Assembly: GCA_008636045.1 (NCBI GenBank) | Contig: SNRW01000029.1 | Span: 1-38,639 of the forward strand | DNA length: 38,639 nt | Reading direction: 5' to 3' | Source of the DNA: Streblomastix strix | Taxonomy: Eukaryota | Part shown: one piece after another, positions 23,472 through 34,602 of the stretch | Numbering within the stretch: the first letter of the stretch is position 1 | Layout of the letters: each line of letters starts with the position of its first letter | Position numbers and translations under genes: made by a program | Notes under the pieces: generated by a model | Seen by the model: the letters and a program-made list of their open reading frames with translations, nothing else | What the model was told of the DNA's origin: nothing | The model's database searches: none

Positions 23472-26400
23472 ATGACTGATAAAGAATTTACCTAAAACAT
23501 TTAAGGATATGAGGTATGCATGATATAAAATTTGCATTTCATATTCCTATTATTATTGTGTTTTTTCTGTTCATCGACATTTATAACATTATTAATAGGT
23601 TCGTTTTCCATGCAAACCATATTCATCGTAGAAGCTTATCATGGACAGGCTTCTGAAAAGCTTACAAACACAAACAAATGGGCTTCTTGAAAGTCCAACT
23701 GGAACTGGAAAGACTCTAGCTCTTCTGTGCGGTGCATGCGCATTTCAAGAATTCCATAAAAAGAAAACAGATTAACCATAAGATATAATAAAACAGAATG
23801 ATTAAGATGATAATGAATTAAGACCAGATATTGAAGATATAATCCCTGAAAAAACTGAAGAAGAATAAAATAAAGAAATAAATGAAAAGAAAAAAGCATC
23901 AAAATAGAAAACGAAAGCAAACAAATATCCCAAAATAATGTACTTCACAAGAACGCACTCGCAAATCAAGCAGATTGTGGAAGAACTGAAACGCACCTCA
24001 TACAACCCAACGATGTCCATCCTCGCATCTCGAAGTCACTTATGCATAAACCAGAATGTCCGCCGCTCTGCCAATCCAAAGAACGAGTGCATGAAGCTCA
24101 ACAGAGATCCAAACACAGCGTGCCCATACAAGAAGAACGTTCAGAAGCTTTTTAAATGCGGAGCTGTTTCACATGGACTGTGGAACACTGAATAGTTTAT
24201 TCAGTTTGGAGTTGCGCTTGATGCTTGCCCTTATGATGCAGCACTTAGCCTGGCTTTGAAAGCTGATATTGTGTGAAATTATTTATATTATTATTTAATA
24301 ATATCTTAATATTAAGTATTTTAATTTAATATTTTTCTTAATAAAACATTTTTTTTTAAAAAATTTATTTAGATATTCTCTCCATATAACTACGTTGTTG
24401 ATCCAATAATTAGAAGAATCATGAAATTAAATTCGCAGTTGCCAAACAGTTTGCTTATCTTTGATGAAGCGCACAATATAGAATCAACTTGCAGAGAAAG
24501 CGTTTCATTTAAGTTATAACGGAAGGATATTGAAATAACGCGCCAAGAATTAACTGAAGCTGTAAAATTGTTTGATGTTCTTTTTCATACGGTTGAAGTA
24601 TACCGAGAAAAGAAATTGACTGAAGCACAGCTGAAAGATTAGAATAATGCTCTTAAAAGGAATAACAGTGTTCATTAAGCTAATTAGAATGATAAGGAAA
24701 ATAAATAATCACCTGAAACTAGTACAGTTATGACACATGTTCAAGAAGCTTAAAATTATCTCGAATTAAAGATTCCGAAATGGGCATAAAGATTTGATGT
24801 TGATTTATTCATTGACGGTATTTCTTCTATTATCATGTTTAATTCACAACAGACGAATAATTCATTTTCATCTCCTAAATAATAATAACAATAGTAATAA
24901 TAATAATTATAATAACAATAACAATCTTCATCTTAATTAATTAATGCACCACTAAACAAAGAAGAAGCAACATAAAGAGCGCAAATTGCATTAGAGAACC
25001 TAAAAGATCATTGGATCTAAAGATCAAATCAAAAATAATAAATTAAATAACAAAGAGATAATGAATAAGATTTTGATTCAAATGAAAATGATCAAGATCA
25101 GTAAATGATTCGAGATATTGATTATGAAATGAATGGATAATAGAAAATGAACAATTAAATATAAGATTAAATAAAAGACCCATTTGACAGTTCAAACATC
25201 GGAGTTGCAGTTTGTGGATTGCTGTGTTTGATAAAAGACTTCATATAATGGATTGAAGATAAATAATAAATGGCAGATGAAGATCTAATTCTAAATTAAT
25301 AGAATCGGATGTAAAAAGACTCAGAAAGTAATTAAAGGTAAAATTCTGGGAATTAATATGGATAGAGTAATCAGAATCAGAATAATATCGCTGGAGGTAG
25401 AATCATGAGTGACAATGATGATGATTAAGATAAGAAGACTGAAATGTTGCAGTTTGTATTTATATAATCTATAAATTATATATTAATTAACTCAATAATA
25501 AAATATAATGAATATTAATTATTATTATTCATTCAATAATTCATATATTAATATTCAGTTTAGCCGGGCAAGAAGGTTTTTCACTCTTCTCACAGTGTGG
25601 AATCACTCCAGATACAGTCCTAATACTCCAAGCACTCCAACAGACGATCGATGACTTCAAATACGGCGTTGGCGAAGACAAAAGCAAAAAAGAAACAATA
25701 AATAAACACAATGATGAAGAATAAGAAGATGAAGATGAAGAATTGAATGATAGTAATGATGGTATTAATGGATCAGATCTGAATGGAGCTGGTAATGAGA
25801 AAGCGGAAAGAATTTAGAATATCAATATTAGACAATTATTAATGAAAGAACTGGCCATAATCAGATCAAAAGAAAACGATGCCAAGAAAGAATAAGAAAA
25901 CAAACAGAAACTTTCTCTGAAAAAACCAGAGACGAAGAAAGAGCAGAAATTCCAGCGGTTGGATCAGAACATCATCAATATGCAGTTCAACAGATGGATG
26001 TGGGGGGTCGTAAGACAGTATCAGAAAGACTAGAGAAAAGAAGTGGAGAAAAGAATCTAATCAAATTAAGCCAGAAGAGAAGATCATGATTATCTGGAAA
26101 GATAGGAGAGAGATTTGTTCTATAATAACAAAGATATGAATAATTCAGACGACGAAGCGAATTTGGGGTTTAATGATGATTATTAACTTTATGATGATGA
26201 CGAAGATGAAGATAATGAATATGATGGAGAAAATGAACAGATGTTTAATTAAGGGATTAAAACTAATAATAAAGGATCAAATTTACAGCAAAAAGGCGGA
26301 TTAAGAGAAAAGATGAGAAAACTGGACGAAGTGAAGAGTATGGCTCACGAAGCAGACACGCAGATGCGATTTGGGATCCTCAGAGATGATTCCGCTCAGC

Positions 26401-27740
26401 TTTTTGAGAAACTTCTCATATTGGTCGAGAATTTTTTCGCACTTGACGGTCATTTTGTGTCGAAATACGCGCTGATGCTTAGTTTCCATAATCAGATGGA
26501 TCTGAACTAAATGAGGAAAGCTAAGGGTGAGTATGATTAAAACATGCAGATGAATATTAAATAATCAAGACAGTATTCATTCCCTTTATGGTAGAGAGAA
26601 ATAATCGATCAATTAATTGAGAGACAACCAATATCAGATCCAAGATACAGTAATCAACAAGGTAATAAAAAGAAATGGAACCAGAATAATAATAATAATA
26701 AAAATAATAATAATAATATGCAGTAACTTCCAGTTGTTGGAGCATCTGTAGGTCGTTGGTGGAAAGAAATAAGTTTCAAAGCACTTTCACCTTCTGTTGC
26801 TTTTCATTCACTAACAAAAGCGCTTTCTATTATTCTTACATCTGGAACTTTGGCTCCATTAGTTTCTTTCGCATCTGAATTGGAAGCTTAATTTAACCAG
26901 ACTCTGGAAGCTGGACATGTTGTGGATATGAACAAATAAGTATGGGTGGGGACTATTCCAAGATTATTGACATCAAATGCAAATTATGGGTAAAAATAAC
27001 AATAATAATAATACCAATAATAATAAGGAAACAGTATAATGCTACAGTCAACGTATCAAAGCACACGCGACTAAAACATACTCGATGCATATGGTGAATC
27101 ACTATTAAGGTTAGTATAAGTAGTTCCAGCTGGAATGTTGGTTTTCTTCTGCTCTTTCAGTCAATGTTTCCTATATCTCAAACATTGGAAACGAACTGGT
27201 ATGCTTGAATAGATCTCCCAATGTAAAAGACTATTTGTTGAACCAAGAAATCAAGTAGATCAATATCATGGGAGTAATAATTGAACTGGAGATGGGTCTA
27301 ATAATTCAAATTAAGGGAATTCATTTAGTGGGAAAGGATAATGGAGAGGCAGAAATAGAGGGAAATAACAATAGGGTGTTGGATAATCAACATCTAATGA
27401 TAAAGAACAAGATGATAAGAATGTTCTGATTTAAGTTATTAAATAGTTTAGATAATCTGTGATTGAAAATCTTAAAGAGTAAAAACCAAAGAAAAAATCA
27501 CAAGATTCAAAAAAAGATAATAAAATGAAAATTGATGATAATTAAACCGTATAAAACGATGAAGACGAAGAAGCACTACAAGAAATGGACATAATGAGAG
27601 CACAATTATTTGAAGACGATATCGTCGATGAAGAAGAAGAAGTAGAAACGGCTTTGTTTGCAGCCAAAGAAGAAGAAGAGAAGAAGAAATAAAAGACAAA
27701 TTCAGGAAAAGGATCGAATCTTTGCGATGTATATGCATGA
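23472..27740 (+). CDS. BRIP1: XPD-family (FANCJ/BRIP1- or RTEL1-like) Fe-S DNA helicase, C-terminally truncated in this sequence. Exons 23472-23513, 23599-24270, 24373-25451 and 25559-27740
   Basis: [11 protein letters not shown] (Q motif, with Q encoded by TAG), [33 protein letters not shown], four Fe-S cysteines (24043, 24088, 24121, 24226), [45 protein letters not shown] and LFVEPR. In-frame TGA at 27282. Motifs V and VI are absent. FANCJ versus RTEL1 is not resolved. Confidence 0.88.
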
Positions 27741-28399
27741 AAGCTGTAAGAAATTAATAATGAGAAGCAGAAATTGAAAGAGTTAGAATATAAATAGAAA
27801 ATGAAAAAGAGAAATAAAGAGAAAAACAAAAAGAAACGATTTAAATTGAAAAAGAAAAAGAATTAAAAAGAATTGAAGAAGAAAATAATTTGAGAAAATA
27901 ATAAAACATGCAGAATAGATTGCAAGAAATCTTTTTTTTGAATCCAAAATTGTCTCATGAAACTGCTTGTGGAAGAGCAACATGGTGTATCTCAACAGAT
28001 TTGCATTCAGTCATGATTATAGCTGGTGCAATTGTTACTACTTGTCCCAGTGTAAGGATCAGGCATCAATATGTCGGACACTCTTCTTACTATTGGATGA
28101 TTTTATTTGTTTGGATCAAACACGCATATTAAAGAATTCTCGAATTAAGTTGTGTTATTAGATATGACGAATTATGTATTTTGAGATTCATATTGAGTTA
28201 CTGATTGATTAATTATAGAGGAATAATAGGAGTGTGAAGCGTCCATTAGAGAAGTGATATAATTATAATTTTGATTTTATACTACATTGATAATTCATTG
28301 AATTATTAAATGGTTTTGATCAATCTCTAATAATAAATTAAATTATTTATGGTCTGTAAGAAAATTGAATTTGAAAATTATTGAATACATCTTTCTCCA

Positions 28400-29700
28400 T
28401 TTATTTATCAAGAAAAATATCAAACTAATTTAAAAGTTCTCTTACATTTATCTTTTAATGTTTCAATATTATTTGCAACCTTATGAGTATAATAAACTTG
28501 TACTTCGGCAATTTTAATATTATTATACTGTTTCAATAATTCTCAAACAACATTTCCATGCTCATATTTTGTAAACATTGCTATTTCTTTAAAAATCTAC
28601 GTTATTTTTCAAATCCATGAGCTATCTTTTTAAAATCAAGATGAATGGTTATAATATTATCTTTCTTTAGATCTTATAAATTATCTTTATTTTATAAATC
28701 ATTCACATCAGTTAATTCCATCATATTTTATCTTAAAATATATTCCTTCTAAATCTTCATTCTAATTTACTTATTTAGGAGTGAATTTTCATTTAAAAGA
28801 ATTATATTTTGAATTATTCTAATCATTAACAACTTTTTAAAATTTTTTATTACTTGCCATTAATTAATTGTCTCCTTCGAATACGTTTCTTGATGTTCTA
28901 ACTACTAAATCAATTACTCTATTTTTATTAACGAACAGAGATGAATTATAGAAGTATTTAACTTCAATATTTTTTAGATAATCTTTCATTTATTTATTTC
29001 TTACAGCGGATTCTCCATCTGTTCTGATGTAGCAAACAATTTAGTTTGATTTTAATTATTTATTACACTTTAATAGCTCAATTGCTGATTTATCTTTAAT
29101 TGGAAACACAACTAAGTATTTAGAGTTAATATTAATCCAAAATAGATAATGCTAAATTACTTTATTAATTGATGGATGCATTATAAATATAATATCAATT
29201 TCCCAGCTCTCTAATTTTGGTGAAAAATATGGACGTTAATACTTCTTTCTGGGTCTTAATTTAATGTCTTATACTATATCGGCTTTATCTTTAATTTTAT
29301 TCCTAAATGGATTCTTAATTACATATGGTTCTTATTAAACTTTCGGTTTAACTTATGGTTTTACATTGTGCTTTATTCGTTCAGCATGATACTTTTAAAA
29401 ATTATCAAGATAAATCTTATACCATTAAGAAATTGTTTTATCTTCGAACTACTCCTCTAATATATTTATATTGATTTACTTTTTAAATACAAAATTCAAA
29501 TTTTTAATGAAATCCACTAATTTTATTTCATCAATTTTGAAGACTTTACCATCAATAAATTAAGTAATTTATTTTTGCCTTAATTTTAGATTTATTTTCT
29601 ATTAAATAATCCTCTCATATAAGCAAATAGATATTTCCTTGAGCTGTATCGCAAAATTTTTTATAAACGCAAATTTTTATTCATTATCCCTTATATACAT
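28400..29700 (-). pseudogene. Retroviral-like (rve) integrase pseudogene, probably Polinton/Maverick type
   Basis: KKYQRPYFSPKLESWEIDII (D at 29196), HYLFWININSKYLVVFPIKDKS, IRTDGESAV (D at 29019), FVNKNRVIDLVVRTSRN (D at 28911), QNNSKYNSFK*KFTP. Several frameshifts and TGAs; no RT or LTR nearby. Confidence 0.82.
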
Positions 29701-30182
29701 GAATAATTATTAATATTGATCAATAAACTTGGTTTCTACTATTTCACACAAATTTTTATTAAAATAATCGATCTAAGTAGCTTAAATAAAATTTTTTTAT
29801 ATCAAATTTAAAACAGAAGTTGCTGCTGAAGAAAGAAAAAAGCGCAGCACGACGGAGTGATACTCTAGCGAGCGAAGAAATCATAAATATGATTATATAA
29901 TATAAATAATTAATGTGATTAATTAATATGATTAATCATCTCGATTTATTGCTACGATTAATCATCAAATTGTTCATGCAAAATATTAATTGGGAAAAAT
30001 TTGTTCGAATATTACTGCTTTTGATTTGTTTATATGGAAAACGATGAAGAATGTTTAAAGTTTTAATTTTCATTCTTCAACTTCATTTAAGCATGTATTT
30101 CCTGAATCTATGATTAATATATGTATTATTATTTTTCATGTGCACAATTCTTGTTACAATCCAAATTTGGCTTTAAAAAAAA

Positions 30183-30240
30183 CGACCCGACCCGACCCGA
30201 CCTAACCCAACCAGACCTGATCTGACCCAGTCTGGGTCAT
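30183..30240. repeat. Degenerating 5-bp tandem array (GACCC)n ending in a perfect hairpin; probable transposon subterminal remnant
   Basis: cgacccgacccgacccgacctaacccaaccagacctgatctgacccagtctgggtca, where TGACCCAG-T-CTGGGTCA spans 30223-30239. Confidence 0.8.
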
Positions 30241-30999
30241 TCCAAACAAGAGTAATAACCATTATTCTTCTACAATATATATTTTAATACATTTTATAAA
30301 TATATATTTTACTAAAATATGGATTCAAATAAGCCTCTATTAGCACTTTGGGTAAAATGTTTATCTCAGCAGTATATTCCTCAGCCAGTATCTTTATCTT
30401 TAATTTTTATATTATTTTCTTAAATTTGTATATTTATTAACTTATTTGATTAGATACATTTGACCTTTATTCTACAGTTGGCTTCAACTAAATTATTTTT
30501 ATTATTTATCAATTTTTTCATGTATCAGAAGTTTTATTTAATAGTTATTCAATTTAATGATTTAATGTATTTAATTTATTATTAAATTATAATATGCATA
30601 TATATAATTCTAATAATTTATTGATGCAATTTAGATTTTAATATTTTTTTTTATTTCCAATTTTTTCTGCATAAAATAATGCTCTATTTTTGCATTGTCA
30701 TATATTTATTCTTACCTACAGAACTCTGACCGACCCACCAAGCCAAAACCCTCTTGGTCAATTTGGCATCCTCAATATAGCATAATTTATATATTATTTT
30801 ATAAAAATTATTACATATTAAAATATAAAAATTTAATTTAACATACAAATTTTTCCAAATTAAAACAAAAACTATTTATTTCTCATTTAGCTCAATTGAA
30901 TATAATTATAATATTAAAAATTTTAATATTTATATAAATCATACAATCATTTATATTATTCATATTTCAATTTAAGAGAAATGAATAAATGAAATGAAT

Positions 31000-31364
31000 A
31001 ACAGACCTGTTTCTAAATACTATCAATTCATGCAGAATATATATATGGCTAAATATTAAACAATATAATATTGATAAACTAAACAAATTTTATCTTAGGC
31101 ATAAATTTGTATACTTTTCGTTATCTATTACCTGAGTTAAACGCAAATGTTTCTTTTTTCTTCGAACTTATCACCATTTTTTGCAAGAAACTATTTAGTA
31201 CTGTATTTCTCAATTGTTCAAATGTCACTATATTAATAAATATAAGTAATCACATATTAAGAAATTAATATAATTATTCAATTAATATATATTTAATATT
31301 AATTTTATTAGTTACCTTCTGAATTTTCATTCATTCCAATATCAATTTCTAATAATGACGACAT
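31000..31364 (-). CDS. Candidate small spliced gene or gene fragment
   Basis: ATG 31364 MSSLLEIDIGMNENSE, donor GTAACT, AT-rich intron ending AATAG, then an in-phase exon VTFEQLRNTVLNSFLQKMVISSKKKKHLRLTQVIDNE. The 3' end is unclear. Confidence 0.3.
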
Positions 31365-32449
31365 TTATGAGTCAATATTTTTGGATTCAATAATAAATTA
31401 AAAAATATAAAGACACTTAAAATAAATTATTATTTCATGTTAATTTGAATTAAACATTATCAAATTTGAAATTATTCAATTATTTTAATACAGAATTTAT
31501 ATAATTAAATATTTAACCCTTATTTATTTTCATCTTTTTCTTACGCGAAACTTGAACTTTCATTTCCTTTCGTAATCAAACAGTTGTTTTCTGGTTCTTA
31601 CTTCAATGAGCTAGATTGATTCATTCTAAATAAGGATGAAAGCAAAAAATTTAATTTAAACACTTAATATTCATCATTTGTCGCTCAAAATTTATTTATT
31701 GCAAGTAATTGCAATTTGATGATAAAACTTTACAAATTCGAAGTTATTATATCAAAAAAAAATAATATAGAATTTTTTAATTAAATGCTATCGAATTTTG
31801 AATTTATGTTTAAGGAAATACTAATTTTGCTCCATAATCGCTCTGATTAATTGGTATTATTTTCTCCCGCTTAAATGTTCCGATGGTAGCATGATTTTTA
31901 GATCTAATAGTTGGATGAGTTAAGTAAATGAATATTTTAAATCAACAAATTAAGAAGATTTATATTAACTATTAATAATAATCACAATAATAAATAAGTA
32001 ATTTATAAGGTAATACAAGATGGGGTTTCATTTTATCATGCGCTTCGTTTTAAATTGACTAATTAGGTAGTTCTGGTGTGCATCTAGTTCATGATTGATA
32101 TATTAAATTAAAATATATATTAAGTAAATATATAGACAATTAATAATGGTAAAGGTTGAATAAAATATTATCTGAAATAAAATAACAAATACAAATTGGA
32201 AAAATTATTTTGAATTAAAAAATAAATTCTCTTTAAAATTGTTTAATTGAAAATTTTGTTGTGCACTTCACCACATTAGTAAAATTAAAACCTTTTTGTC
32301 GGAGGGAACGTTCAACCTTATAATGTTGATTGATTTGACCTTTTTGAGGGACAATGGTGGAGCACTGAATACGTGGATTATTCGATAACCACTTCAATTC
32401 ATTATGTGAATATCCCTTTATCCAAACATTAAGAACTCCACCATTATAT

Positions 32450-33310
32450 TGAGGCTTTTCAATTATTAAAAGTTTGAAATTTATCTCATAAGTTCATCAA
32501 TATTTTTTTTATCAGATGATCTTAGTATGACTTCACTGATTTCTGAGTACAGTGAGAAACGATCTATGAATACTTTTGAAGACTCAAGCGAGAAAGCTAT
32601 ATTAATCGAAGCTGCACAAATAGATATGACAGTAGGGTTATGATAAGGTACAGCTTATCCCGTTATGTAGTGAGTTGCTCTCGACGTTTATTCTTTGGTT
32701 GCCTATTTGTTTATTCTTTTCAGCCACCATATTGACATTTTTTAATGTTATCTATCAATTTGATAAAATTTTTGTGAAAACTAAAATGTGAGACAGATTA
32801 ATTGGTTAAATAATAGGCAAAATGTTATTTCTGCATCTGTATCATCTCCTTTCCGCATTGATGTGTTGATATTCCAACTGTTATCTTCATTTTAATAAAC
32901 ATCTGCTCAGAATATTTCAATCATTATTAACATACTGAATGCAATTATTGACGTGAATTTGCATTCAAGAAATTATTTTTTGGTTATGATTATATTTGAT
33001 TAGCTAACTATTTGATATACTTTAATAGGAAATTTTTATTGAATGAAATAATTTCAGTGTCCGGCTCATAAAAATAATGTTGACATTATTGTAACATTCT
33101 CAATAAAATTGCATTGTAAGGAGCTCTATTCTGTAAGGAAGTTTACTTAGTTCATTATTTCGCTTTATAGATTTTCATCATTTATTTCCTTCAAGTATAA
33201 AGACACACAATTATTCTGGTAGTACATGCTTCCATTTTTCTAATTCTTCCTTCTTTTTCTTACATTTCTTTACACGGGCTAAGGATTTTGTAACTTATGT
33301 TCATGCTTTA
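32450..33310 (-). pseudogene. Highly degenerate tyrosine recombinase (DIRS/Ngaro/Crypton-like element remnant)
   Basis: SIIAFSMLIMIEIF*ADV..NSWNINTSMRKGDD..EITFCLLFNQLICLT..SIWWLKRINKQATKEQTSRATHYITGQA..TVISICAASINIAFSLESSKVFIDRFSLYSEISEVILRSSDKKNIDELMR matches the order and spacing of YR boxes (LR.xE, K, CP, SIRAAS, RH, Y). The catalytic R, R, H and Y positions are all substituted. Confidence 0.6.
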
Positions 33311-34602
33311 AAAGTTAAAAAATTGGATCAGAAGAACTTCGATTAAAAAAACATTTACTAAAACCATTATTTATTGCCATAATATTTATAAAATAAACAA
33401 TTATAGATAAACACGGAAATAATTTGATATTTTTATTTATTATAACAATACTTCAAAAAGCATAATTTGATCGAATTCCAAGTTTATCTTATTCATTTGA
33501 AGATCATTTTACTACGATCATACGAGAATTATTTCTAATTATTAGAATTCTTGAAGAAATTCAACATAAAATTCAAATTATATTCTTTCACAATTTATTA
33601 ATTTTAAATTATTATTTATTATTTAATAAATTTAAAATTTGTTTTTATTTATTTATATTTTTCAGTTTTAGATTATTCTATTTCTTTCAGATTTATGATG
33701 TTAATATCTACATTATTATTGAAAAAATATTCACTAAACTGAGCGTACCACTTCTTACATCAAAAAAATCAAGATCAGCATTTCGAATAAGAATTCGAAT
33801 CTTGCATTCATTCTACAATCATATCAACTTCAATTCATCTTTCTAAGCAAAATTATTACAATAATAACAAAAAGAATACATTTATGATCTAAAATAGAAA
33901 AGCAAAATTCAATTAAAACGATATATTGAAAGTAGAAGGAAAACTAAATATATTATACATTTATAAATAAATATTTTAATATATATTTCAAAAAATATAT
34001 TTTCGATACAAATTATTCACGAACAATAAAAAAAATTTTTTTTTAAGTTTAAAAAAAATTGCACATTACTCTGCCTGTTAACTTTATTTTTATTTGTATT
34101 TATTTGTAGTAATTCATCAAAAATATTATTTTGTGAATTTTAATTTATCAACTCATATTTCTACTTATCCATGTGAGAAAACTCAAAATTAAAATTAGAA
34201 CTAAAAATCAATTATTCTATAAAACAGCAATTTCAAAATTATGTTTTTTTCATATCATTCCAGCTTTTATTTAATTAGTGTTATCAATATATTATTTACT
34301 AACAATTATAGTATCTAACATCTACTTTTCCAAATAGAAATTTTTATAACTTCAAAAAAATCAAATTAATCTTTGATTTGGATTAATATTTTTTGAATTA
34401 ATATATTTATTTTTCATCCGATATTATCATCTTATCATATTTCTAAAATATATTCCAAGTTATTAATATATATCATATTTATTTGCTATAATTAAAAAAA
34501 ATTTTTAAAAAATAATTTTGTTTTATTTTCATGTCATATTATTGCATATTTAAATATATTTATTTTATTTTCCTTATTTTAATATAATACTTCTTATTTC
34601 AG

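Noticed and set aside
24880..24925. (TAA)n and (AAT)n runs as non-coding microsatellites (also 26685-26716, 27000-27025)
   Set aside because: They are in-frame poly-Gln and poly-Asn tracts of the helicase.
29820..29880. Short GC-rich patch upstream of the integrase as an RNA gene or element end
   Set aside because: No convincing fold, repeat partner or TSD in this window.
33450..33960. Possible + strand exons (LQKAQFDRIPSLSYSFEDHF.., IYDVNIYIIIEKIFTKLSVPLL..)
   Set aside because: No clear start, splice donor or motif; long open frames are common by chance when TGA is the only stop.
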